From contig NW_004797297.1 of NCBI RefSeq assembly GCF_000002075.1, forward strand, positions 731,760-795,759: DNA of 64,000 nucleotides, written 5' to 3'. Made by a program: the position numbers and the translations under genes. The DNA comes from Aplysia californica (taxonomy: Eukaryota). Below, piece by piece: positions 39,301-52,500 of this stretch. Each line of letters starts with the position of its first letter. The stretch's first letter is position 1. The notes under the pieces were generated by a model, which ran no database searches, was not told the DNA's origin, and worked only from the letters and a program-made list of their open reading frames with translations.

Positions 39301-42300
39301 AATTTTTCAGGCTGCTCAGTGGGTTTACAGAGGAGGTCTGACAGAGGAGGTCTGACAGAGGAGGTCTGACAGTGAAGGTCCGACAGAGGAGGTCTGACAG
39401 AGGAGGTCTGACAGAGGAGGTCTGACAGAGGAGGTCTGACAGTGGAGGTCTGACAGAGGAGGTCTGACAGTGAAGGTCCGACAGAGGAGGTCCGACAGAG
39501 GAGGTCTGACAGTGGAGGTCTGACAGAGGAGGTCTGACAGAGGAGGTCTGACAGAGGAGGTCTGACAGTGGAGGTCTGACAGAGGAGGTCTGACAGAGGA
39601 GGTCTGACAGAGGAGGTCTGACAGAGGAGGCCTGACAGAGGAGGTCTGACAGAGGAGGTCTGACAGTGGAGGTCTGACAGAGGAGGTCTGACAGAGGAGG
39701 TCTGACAGAGGAGGCCTGACAGAGGAGGTCTGACAGAGGAGGTCTGACAGAGGAGGTCTGACAGAGGAGGTCTGACAGACAAAAAGAAAAGTTATTTCTG
39801 ATTAAAGCCAAGATCAGGGGGCTCTCGTGGCCTAGAGGTTAAGGTGTTGGCCTCTCATTCAAAGGTCCCGGGTTCGATTCCGGGTAGCGACCAAAAAATT
39901 TTCTTCTCTAAAATTGTCTCCTTTCACATCCTTTCCTGATCTCTAACAATGTTCTGTTGTCTGCTTTCATTTCCACTTTCTGCCCCCACCCCCTCACCTC
40001 CTTTGCCCCCTCCTCTGGGCTCCTGACTCTTTCTGCAGCCTTTCTACTGCTACTCCTTGGCTCCTCCTAACTGCTGTCTTTCTGCCACACCCCTGATCTT
40101 CTGGTAGGAAAGATCTACACCTAGCCTTCTCGGACAAGGGCGAAAAATCTCGGAGGGCCCGTGTGCAAGTTGCGCACGTTAAAGATCCCTTGGTGGTCTA
40201 AAATCGATAAGAGTAGGCTTCGGCCGCCACCCGGGCAAAATTCAAAATTTCCTACCAACGAAAAAGTATTAGGTGTGTCCCGCACGCTCATATGACCTTA
40301 TGCAGTTGCGAGCGCCGTAAAACCCTATACTAAACAAACAACAAACAAAAAGCCAAGATCAGGCATAGAACAAAAATCAACAGACTTAATCCAGTTCCTG
40401 CAGCTCCGTTTCTGCAGGCCTAGATTATGCAGTTCCTATGAGATGGACACTATCAATTTCTATTCTGTTACACCATTCCCATAAAGATATCCGTTAGAGC
40501 TGTATCATACTCTTATCTTTAACTTATCATGTCACCACGTTTCGAGGGTTTTTTGTTTTTGAGTGGGTCTGATTGTATTTTTTTCTCTTGAGAAGTGGGA
40601 CCCTCTCCAGCAGCCAAATTAACAAGAAGAAAAAAGAAATAATAAAAGATCACAATCTGCTTTTCCCATAAAGTGGCAAAGTATAAAACTATATATAGCT
40701 ACAGAAAAACTAGGAGAAATCATTTACTTTAATTTTGTAATATTTACAATCATAAACAAGACAGAAAGACGAAATAATGAATACTTTCAGTGACTAACAG
40801 CATTATACAATAACAATACATTTTTATCTATAATACGCCTTTCCACATAGAAAGTGCTCAATGCATTTTACAAAGAGCATCTGCACAATATGGTTCCAAC
40901 AGTGACCCTTTCTCCCCACCTCTCACACACAATCTCTCTCCCCCTTCCCCCCTCCTCTCGGCTCCCGACTCTTTCTGCAGCCCTACTGCTGCTCCTTGGC
41001 TTCTTCTTACCTCTGTCTTTCTGCCCCACCCCTGATCTTAGGGTGTGTAAGATCTAATACCTAGCCTTCATGGGTAAAGGCGAAAAAATCTTGGAGGTCT
41101 CCTATGCAAGTTGTGCATGTTAAAGATCCCTTGGTGGTTCTAAAATCGATAAGAGTCAGCTTTAGCTGTCATCAGGGCAAAATTCAAATAATTAATTCCA
41201 ACCAAATTGAAATTTTTAATGTGTCCCACACACTCACATGACAGAAAATATTGCGTATTGGGAATTTTGGTCATAAAACATTAAAGCTGGCCAGTAACAA
41301 AGGTGTTTTCTAGCATGATTAGAATCCTGACAAAGTGGTCAACTCCTATAAGTGTGCTGGTTATATTTTATCAAGCAGTCACTCAAGAGAGTTTTTATGT
41401 ATCCAAGTTAACACACTTATCACTTTCGCGTACAAATTACATTTTGATTGGTTAGTCACTACCATTAGTACAAGTTTGAATTTTTAAAATACTCATCAAT
41501 ACACCAGTATATACAGTATTTAGACACTTTGTTCGAAAAACAAATCCCAGCACAAAATGAGGTAAGAAAATAACAACAACAACATCAAAACCACAACAAT
41601 ACGAAAATAACAACAACAACGACACCAACAACATTGCAATAGCACATTAAAAGAGAGACGCACTTTTTGCGGCTGTCGTCGCTGTAGGAGAGACATGGCA
41701 GCACAGCGTTGAGGATCCCAGCCATGTGGGGCAGCATGGAACGTCCGGCCAGGGCGATGAACTCTCTCAGCCATGTGATGGCCGTAAACTGGATCAGGTC
41801 ATCTAAGGTTGGGACAAAAAAAATAAATAAATAGGGACCAAAGCTACACTCGGAATACACAACACAAAAAAAACACCTAAAGAAAGTGATAGATTGAGCA
41901 CAAGAGAACAAAAAGATTACAAATATAAAGTACAGTGGAAAATGGAATATGAAGGATACATAACATGTATATCCAATAAATCAGATTTTGCCATTCAATA
42001 GGTATTTCTACACGCAGAGTTATATATATACTGAAATACACTTTATCATGTAAACTAAGCCTTTTTACCCTTCCCCCTCATCACTCATCTTACTTTAGTA
42101 AAATTATTTAGAATTTGATGTTCCCTGCAAAACATAAGAGCAAAACACACACTTTATATGAAAAATCCAAACACCAGATTTAAGAGAAGCTTTATATTAT
42201 GCATAATACATTGAGGGTTTATTTAAAAATATAATCGCTAAGCATGATTTGGCATTAGTTTGATGCCCCTTTCGACAAAGAAAGACTATGAAAGAAGTGG

Positions 42301-45300
42301 GATCTCTAACTAAAACTCTCGTCTCTGTAAGGACAGAGCAAAAGGATTGGAGAGCCAAGACAACTCATCTTTCAAAACATTTTTTGAAAATCCTTGAATG
42401 AAAAGCGCATTCCATGAGCATACCTGCCAACATTGCCTGGACCAAAATCTGCAGTTCACACAAATTTTTGTCCAAAAATCTGTAGTTGACCTAAAAAAAC
42501 TCTGTAGTAGGCTATATTACCACTTGCCACATACTTAATTGGGGACCTTTATTAATATTTTGACCCACACATACAAGAGCGCGTTTGCGACTTCAAACAA
42601 ATGTAGAAAATGACAAAGAGCAAAAAACAAAAATTAGCAATTACAATGAAAAATTACATTTTTATCCAGCTTAAATGAAAGAAGAGTAAATTCTAAGAAT
42701 TGTGGTTTCAAAATTTTAAAAATCCATTTATAAATTTTAAAAGTTATTGGGATTTTTTGTTTAAACATTCTGGGGTACTTTCATACAGGAAAATATTGTC
42801 AAAAAAGTGGGACGGATCTTGGTGTATTTTGAGGGAAAACTGTTCATAAGTCAGTAATGAGTTGAAGTAGATTCTATATGAATGAAACTTGGAATCTTCG
42901 TGTGATTTTTAGTGCAGAATCTAGTTTTCTGCTATCACTTTTTCGAAATCTATCTTTGGATCTTTAAGACTCTTAATTAAATTTGTATGAAAATAAGTTG
43001 AATTGCGCGACATCGCTTGAACTGTGGCCGATCACCCCTCTACACCTTAGCAAAGCTGTATCGGGAAAACCCGCAATGACGTCATTGGTAACCTGCTTAG
43101 TTCTAGCAGTTTTATCATTGTATTACTGTAAAACTATCTGGTTTTAGGAAGTCAATAACATGCCGCCTAGCGATCACGCGCCTCTTGCATGCCGGCAACT
43201 CGCGTGTTGGGTCCGTGATCTAGTTTCCAGGTCTAGTGTTTTATCAATGGACGGGTGGTAATTTTAAATTGGAACGTAAAGTGTAGGTCTACTACACACA
43301 AATATCTGAAATTTTATAGCAATTATAAAGAAGGAATGTGGGGTGCTTGTCGGTGGCTTATCTCTCAAAATCGGTGGATCGGTAGTTTGACCAAAAAGTC
43401 AGTTATATACCGATTTTTTCCGTAGGGTTGGCAGGTATGCATGAGGAACACGTGAAGGAAATAACATTCCTCTCCCACATATTTTAAAGCTACATTTCCC
43501 TTTAACAATCTNNNNNNNNNNNNNNNNNNNNNNNNNNNNNNNNNNNNNNNNNNNNNNNNNNNNNNNNNNNNNNNNNNNNNNNNNNNNNNNNNNNNNNNNN
43601 NNNNNNNNNNNNNNNNNNNNNNNNNNNNNNNNNNNNNNNNNNNNNNNNNNNNNNNNNNNNNNNNNNNNNNNNNNNNNNNNNNNNNNNNNNNNNNNNNNNN
43701 NNNNNNNNNNNNNNNNNNNNNNNNNNNNNNNNNNNNNNNNNNNNNNNNNNNNNNNNNNNNNNNNNNNNNNNNNNNNNNNNNNNNNNNNNNNNNNNNNNNN
43801 NNNNNNNNNNNNNNNNNNNNNNNNNNNNNNNNNNNNNNNNNNNNNNNNNNNNNNNNNNNNNNNNNNNNNNNNNNNNNNNNNNNNNNNNNNNNNNNNNNNN
43901 NNNNNTGCAATGTTAATTTATTATAAGATCACTAGTACTTTATTGTTCCTGGCAGCACAGTTGCTAAAAATTCCCCATGAGGACAATAATGTTCTCATCT
44001 AGTGTTGTGTTGTCTTATCTGACACTGCGGGGCTCATCTAAACCAACCGCAAGCTGATGGGGGCTCCACTCACATACCACCATCTCTCTGGTGTTGGGGT
44101 GGTATTTTTTTCTCTCTCTGAATTACGTTTTCTGCGTGGCTTCCTATAACACTGATCTAATGGCCAAGAGTCAGTCTCAGCAAAAAATAAGATCACCAAA
44201 ACTTCATAATGTAAGAACTGTACTGAACTGACCAACTCATATCTAGTAGGATGGGAAACAAAATGCAACAAATTCAATAGCCAACTTCAAGAGAGCAATA
44301 TATCAAGACAGAAGTTCTAGACATACCCGAATTCTGACTATGCACTATGAGAATGTTTGCCATCCCAGTAAAGTTGACTCCATTCTTGGACCTCCGAATG
44401 CCTTCCAGAAATTCAGATAAAACTCCCTGGCACCTGAAGAAAATTATGATAAACAACAACTGTCTCAGATCAACAAAGACATGTTACAGCTGTCGAGTAG
44501 AGTTGTGGTTTGCAATGTGTCTGCACTCATGATAATAGTTATATATTTCTCCAGGGAAAAGACTTGAACAGCAGTAACATTAAAGAAATATAACTATGAG
44601 GAGCAGGCAAAATCAGAGCCCCTACCAACCACCTAATATCACCACAGCAAACTATCTTATAAAAAAATCTGTTCTTTCCAAACACAGAGCATTATTTCAT
44701 AATTGGAGAGTCACATTGTCTGGCACAGCGAGTCCAGTTATCTAGTTTGAAAGCAAAAAGATATATTGATATCAGACAAGTACATAAAGAATGACAAAAG
44801 ATAATCAAAGTAATAACAATCAAGTTTTTTTTATTACCTGTAAATGTTTGTGCCATGTGTCATCACAATGGTAATGACTATATCAAAAACCTTTCCATAG
44901 GATTAAGAGTTAACAAGGAAGCATATTATTACGAATAACTGCCATTTATTATTTGGAAAAGCAAGACAGAAGGGCAGAAACAACAGAAAGGTAGTGAACA
45001 AGGAGGAACAACCAGTGGTGCCCTCCAACCATCCACTGCCATGCTAAAATTAGATCCAGATAAAGACTGAGAGGAGAGTGTGGACTTCAAAGCATCTATA
45101 GAGACATGAAATGCCAGGGACATCGAATTGTTGCATACAAAAAATATAGGGACAATTATTCTCAGATGAAGCTAAGACAAGAAAAGAGAATATATATTAT
45201 ACACCAAAGAAATGAATTGACATTGTGCTTTTACCAGCTGCAGTGAAACAAAACCTTTATACATAGCACAATAAAAAGCACACACACAAACATACACCTT

Positions 45301-48300
45301 TTCTCTTTTTCTCTATAAAATTAAAAACTGGATCCATAATATCTCTGAACCGTTGTCCTTCTCTGTAAGCATCAATCATATAAACTTCCTTTGCGAGACA
45401 GATGAACACTCTCTTTCTTTCTCTAGCTCTTCCCCTCCCTCTCTGTATGTTTGCTATCGCAAAATAAATCAACTCATGGTCATCAAAAAAAGGTGGAATT
45501 TGATTATTTCCTTATTTCATTTCTCTCTCTCCAGTCCAACAAGTTAAAATCCTTTACAACCTAGCTGGTCTCAATCATACTTACCACATCTCATGACACA
45601 TAATTTGGAATATCTCATGACTGTTTCACTCACATTATGCGTACCTCATGGCCATCTCACTTACATTTTGCGTATCTCATGACTGTTGTCACCCAGGATC
45701 TGGAAGAGTCCATCCAGAATCTCAGGCAGGAGGACCAGCATGTTGATGTCCGGAACAGCATCCAGGACTTCGATCTACCAAACAGTAAGCAGACAAGACC
45801 ACCAATTTACCAGGTCCAACAAAAGCACATATAGCCGATATTCAGGCTCCGAGGAACTCTACTTATCTCCACGACTGGTTCATACAATTTTTTTTCTCCT
45901 AGACCCACAGCATACTACAAGATTTCTCAATCATTTTCAATGCAATGCCTACTTTGAATAATAATTTCTTATTGAAAAACAGTGCAATAATAGCAGTCAA
46001 TGTTTTATATTCAACCGACACTCTGTATACATACTGCTTTGACTCTTTGGCTCAACCAAAATGGTATAAGTGGGACACAACCCATTAGAAAGACAGGCTT
46101 ACTCGCTAAAATGTTTCCCCCACTTAAGAATCAAATTCCTGCCTTTTATTTGCAAGGTAAAGAGTATAACCATTGCAAGACAGAAGTTGTTGACTACTTT
46201 TTTCTTTAAAATGAAAAAGAAAACACAAACAACTGCAGTGTCACATGATAACTTCCTAAGACATTCTTCGATAAACCCAAACATTATATCACATAGCAAA
46301 TAAAACCATGCTGATAGTCAAACCATGACAAATCCCACAGTCCTAAATACGTCTATGGAACTAAGTAGAGTAGAAAAGAAGCTCCATAGAGATTTCGAAT
46401 TGTGCAAAGGGTTCATGTGCTCTTAATAGCTGATCTTCTGTGAAGCCCTACTAGATGGAAACAGGTTATTTGAAGCAACTCAGTTGGTTTAGTTGCAAGA
46501 GCATGGAGAAAGAAAAAAGTACAGAGGAAAAAAAGGGCAGAAGCAAAGCACCCAACCAAACACCACACACATATCCGTCCATAGATCAACAGCTGGCTCC
46601 ATTGTAAAGGTACAGATAGAGGAAAAAGTTCAGGGGAAAAAAAGGCTGAAATGACATATCCGAGTAGCCATCCCACATGTCCATCTGAGCACTGAGAAGA
46701 GACGTTTGAGCATGGTATTTCACTGCTGAAGGGGCTGTTTCAGTTGCTGGTGTGTAGTGACTTTAGTTAATTCGTAACCCCCCCCAACCCAAACCCACCT
46801 AGATTTATATCTACATAATGCCCTTTTAAGGGAAATAACCACAACTATACAACATGCACTTCGAGTTTGAGCGAACATGCTGGGAAAAGCACCCTCGTTT
46901 TAACGAAAAGCATCACACCCTGAATGTTAGTGTACACATTATTTTAATTATTTTAAAAAATACAGTTTCATTTATAAGGGAAATGAAACCTCAAGGCTTT
47001 TGCTAGTGGAACCTACCCAGGAGACAACAAACTGGCGTGCAAAAGGATTTCTGGTGTAAATACGTTCCCTCAGCAGAGGGATGAAGGCAACTAGGTCAAA
47101 GGAGGAGCTCTCAGTCACAATGTCCTGACATGGGAAGAAAAAAAAAATCATGACACTTTCAAATGAAACCATTTATTATTAGGGAGAGGCCAAACTGACA
47201 ATAAAAATATTGATTAGAATAAAAAATGTATAGAATCCCAAAAATAATTTTTGCTTGGAAATTAGAGAGCAAAAAGAATAAATCATACTTAAACTGCTTG
47301 AAGGAATAATTTATCCTGTCATTCAGTCTCCATTATCTAATATTACTGCAATAGCTCTCATCAATTTCTACAGCTAATGACATTACTCTTCGCTTGGGTA
47401 TGTCAGTACATTATGAACAAATGGGAATTGTTAGCAGCATCTACGGCAACACTCAGCATCAGGTTTAGACATGGTGAGTACGCAAATTTCATCATAATGT
47501 TAAAGTAAAATGGCATGCATTAAAAAATGAAAAACAAAACCAATAGGATTTTAAAAAATAAAATAGGAAAGGAAGCAATAACTCTTTCTCCACAAATTAC
47601 TATGAAACATAAATTATGTTCTTGAATATTACCTTAATGAGTCTGTCCAAAAGCTCGGCTCCATTCTTGACATTCTGATCTGGGTGAGCTGTGAGCTGCC
47701 ACCAAAACCAACAAAATAAAACAATTACTGTCTAACTTGATGTATAAGGTCTGTTTCAGTAAAGAAGCACCAAATTATAAATATTGACACAATAACTATA
47801 CTTTAATACTAGGAAAAAAAACCCTTATCGGTGGCACCTTCCAATCACCTGTCATAAGTGCAAGGGCAATAGCCTACGAGACACAAAAAAATCACTTAAA
47901 AAAGAAGAGCACATTACCCAGTGGTAAGAAAAAAAGAAGGAAGAAAGAAAAAAAGAAGATAGAGATGATACATTACACTAAATACCAAACAAAAATACCT
48001 TGGAGTAGGTGGTCATATATTATATATGTGAGACAGCGTTGTGAAATCAGGTGCTCGTCCAAATAACGAAATCTGAGAAACTTCCTTTAATCGCAAATAT
48101 GTAGAGTTCTATTCAAGATAAAAGGTTTATTTCATTGGAAGCAAGGCAAATAAATCAGATTTCAGATGCCACCGGTAACTCCACATGCCCAAAAATTGAC
48201 GAGCGCCAGATTCCACAGTGTCGTGACACATATGTGTTCTTTCACAATTAGAGAGGATGGATCCCAAGCTGGGGAGTAGTGCTTCTATATTTTTTATTCC

Positions 48301-49493
48301 TCTCGTACTCTGTAAGCAAGGGGAACTTTTTTTTTCATATGATAGTATCAGGTGAAAAACAGGCCACGTCACATTTAATCTACCCTAACAGCCTTATTTT
48401 TATGGTGGACTTTACTTGTTCTTAACTTGATTTGTTTTTACAAAAACAGTTTGTGAATCAAAAGGATTTTTATCTGACTTCCTCTTAAAATGGACTTATC
48501 TTGTTCTTCACTAGACCCTTCATATCTGAGCCAATGGTCACTGATACAAGGATCCATATAATTATATTTTTTGGCAAATCCTGAACAGTGCTAATGAGAA
48601 AGAGTAGTAGATTTGATCCTTTGAGTGATGGTCACCAGATCTTGAAATGATTAGTTTACTTAAGCTCCCTTGGTCTGACAGACAGATTAACAATTCTGCC
48701 TAAGCCATCATGCATTTGGAGCTCTGGAGCTCCTGTACATTTATAGCTCATATCAGAGACAGAACAAAGTAATTCTGTGTCTAGTACAACACAAAACACA
48801 ACTCAAGTGAAGTGTACTGAAAGATAGCAGTCTCCAGATATACACACAATTTCATAAAATTTATGTACCCTTTAAAGGAGTGTTAATTATTACATAACTG
48901 TGGTTGCTAGTGGTAGAGGTAGGTAAGAAAATGAAAGATTAAAAAAGAAACCCCTGTTATGTAAACCCACCATACAGCCTACTGGAACTTAAAAAAAAAC
49001 AAAAAAACATTCAGACTAGAAAGTTATAACAACAGACACTTTTCTGGCGGAAACCACCAATACTCCTACTTCTGTGAAAAGATAAGGCAAGTGAACACAT
49101 TTCCATACTTGCTGTGTAGATGTAGTACTTTTTGATTACCTGTAGCCATCAGCAGACACAAGGAAAAAATGATAAAGCACTTGATTTTGGACACAAACAT
49201 GAGTGATGTATAAATTTTCAAGCCACCTCACATGTTCAATCATAAATGCTGAGTTATGCAAAGGACACATGAAAGAGAAATCATACTCCATACTATAAGC
49301 TACCTTGCTGAGTCCATCAAAGACTTCGTTGAAGTGTGGGAGCACTGCTCCCCTAGCCACCTTGACAATGTTGTAGAGCGCCTCACAGGCGTAGTACTGT
49401 ACACGGCTGTCCCCATCATGGAAGCACATGACAACAGGGTGCACCAGGCTGTCGATGTAGGTGCACGACTCCTGCAACATACCACAATAAAAC

Positions 49494-49549
<56 letters not shown>

Positions 49550-52500
49550 GACAAAAACTTACAATTACGCAAAATTTTCATATGACAAGGTTCAGAACAT
49601 ATTTTGCACCAGCTGACTTGACCTCAGAAAAGCAAAGATATAAGAATTTTCAAAACTCTTCAATGTCAAGGCGACAGATTCAGACTACTGCTGCCAACAA
49701 TTGCATATATAAGGAAACATTTTACAGAAATCAGATGTTGAAAGAGATTTTTAAAAATCATTCTTTACTTAGGTGACCAATAAATCGCCACAAGACATGA
49801 AGGATGCACATCATGAACTATGGTAATGGACAACATAGAAACATTTGGAAATTTTAGGTTCAATACTGGTACGTATTGCTTATATCTCTTCATTTCCAAA
49901 TGTGATTAAGTATGGAGAGAGAATAAAGACACAGTCTTGGTTGCTAAGAATTATTGTAGAGAGCTTTCTGCATAATCCTTTTCATTTTTTTCAAAGAGAA
50001 CTGTTGCACTCTTTTTCCTTCTTGTCCAGGCATATTGGATCACAGTTAAATGACAGGTAATAAGGAGTGTCTGCTCCGTATGCTAGGGAAAAATGAATAT
50101 ATCCAAGGAGGAGATTTCTGAGTGCAGTATTCACAGAACATCGAGACATTTTCCCCCCAAGACGCTATGTGGCCTTTTCTCCCATAGCTGCCACTAAGGG
50201 ATTTTAAAAAAGGAGGAAATTCATGTGAAGGCGTATGCGCGCTCTCCGAAGGCTGGAGTAAAACCAGTGAGATCCAGAGGTAATATCATGGAACATCTGT
50301 CTTTGGAAGGGAAAAGTGTCATATTTGTTAACAATACTACATTAAAATGTATTTGAAAAAAAAACCAAACAACCCCAAGACACTAACAAGTATTTGACCC
50401 AGTTTGGTGACTAAAAATCCAGCGTTTGTTGCCAGCTAGTGTCTCATAAAAAGATTTCTTTCACTTTCGACTTGTGCAACGATGTGGAGCAGTATTGGAT
50501 TAAGGAGGCAACACCTTTGCCACTGTTCGAGATTTCTTTATGGAAAACGCAAAGTGCAGCACCCGGCTTGTTCAATTTTTTTAAGAACAGCTGAAGTCGA
50601 ACACCTTTGTTTTTTTCTCAATCCAGCTATATTTATTTTTACGTTCTGCATCAATTTCTCTCCAATTTCCGCCGTTTTCAATGACAACTCAGTGCGCCAT
50701 CGTACCGATGCTCAATTGACAATCCACACTGTTGCTCCACAATAGATATCTATGTGAAACTTTAGCGTTACGCACAGAGCAGATGGAGGAAGCTTCGGGC
50801 GGACATGTGCAAGCCACATTTTCTTCTCACTCCCGGTTCAGTGTTTTCTGCATGTAAAAAAAGCATACAATTTGCTACCAAGAGGGGTCCAGCGGAGGAA
50901 GGAGGTAAGCTAGATGAAGCGGAGGTAGCAGAGTTTCTGCTATTTAGCAGAAAAGAGACAGCTATGCCCCCTTAAAGGTGTTTATAAATAATAGAAGTCA
51001 TACAGCAACATGAGAATAATTATCATGAAATCTTGCACATAAACCCCCCCCCCAAAAAAAAACAACAACAACCCAACAAACTTTTAACAAACAAAAGCAT
51101 ATGAAAAACAACAAACGTCAACGACAAGAAATCACAGAGAGCAAATCAACAATTGAATGAAAAAGTAAAACAAGAAAATGTTACCTTTCCAAGGCCAATT
51201 GCTACTGCAGCCAACCCAATGAGACCTCCTTTGCGGGTGTTGGGGTTCTGTGAGCATGCAAAATCCTCTCCCAAAAGTCGTAATAGTTTTTTAATCTGAT
51301 CCAGTTGACTTCCTGCCAGCATTTCTTTCACAACTCTGCATCCAGAAAACACAAGGCGTACTGACCGTTATTTACTAAATCTTTTCTAAATATAACCAGT
51401 TATGGCATGAAAAAAAGAAATGCATTTGATCAATATTAGTGTCACATGGCCAAAATTACAATGAAGTAAGTCCACAATTTTGAGTTATCTGTTAGGATAA
51501 CGCAATATATGTCAAAATGCGTGGTATTCTTTTACTTTAAAACTCCCGTCTCACACTTAGCTACCCGCTAGCTGTCCTTTTTCAATGAGAATATTGACGT
51601 GTTGAACCAGAACATCAACTTCATTTTCGTCGCAAATTAACAATTTTTGAAATACTTGATGGTTTTTAACTAAGCTATATCACACAAACCCTAACCGAGT
51701 AGTAATTTGTGTGCTTTAAACCAATGGTGCAGGGTCCCTGTTTTAACCCATGATTCTATATATTTTCTGGTTAAGTACGATTTTTTTGGGGAAAATAATT
51801 GATTTGCGACAGTTTTAGTGGCATGACTGGCATGTGTGTGACCTGCAGCAAAAAATACTGCAGTCTGACCCCCAAAGCAGTGCATCTGTGATAGGGAGTG
51901 AAAGTAAAAATGTACTGTCAAAATCTGAAAATGTACTGGGTGCAAGCATTAAAATGTTGCTTTCAAACACTGTTAGTATTTTCAGAAAAAGTTCAGTTCA
52001 CTATACTGTCAGCCCATCTATGGGTTCTGGGAAAAGGGACAAACATGATGTTGAATAAATGGCCACCTGTTCTGTTCTGGCCAAAGAGAGTCATTTTGGA
52101 AAAGAAAAGTCACCACATTTTTTTTTTTACATTAAAAAAAGTTTAATTTCCAACAGACCTGTGTAGCTAGAGCTAAGCTGGCTTGAGCATAATTTCCTAT
52201 AAGTTGAGAAGCCTCATCATGTGATTTGACTATGATCTGATTAAAAATATTTTTTTAAAAAGTAACAAGGCAAAATGCATATATACACATTCAGTTTCCA
52301 ACTGTTAATAACTGTATAACAGCAAGGATGACACTGTGTTCCAGGTCCTTTTGTTCCTTGAACACATACCATACAATGTATTTTAATTCATTCTGATCTT
52401 GCTCTGGTGAAGTAGGGGCAGGAAAAGCCAACAACCCATCAGATTTTTTTTAGGTCGAAGAGACTATTCGGACTCGAGTCCGAATATGAAACAATGTTAT

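Noticed and set aside
39327-39778. CRISPR-like regular repeat
   Set aside because: Head-to-tail repeats with no unique spacers, in a eukaryotic intron, with no cas genes.
39264-39811. 170-172-aa repetitive ORFs on the - strand
   Set aside because: Translations of the 14-bp minisatellite. VAC14 exons 8 and 9 join in frame without them.
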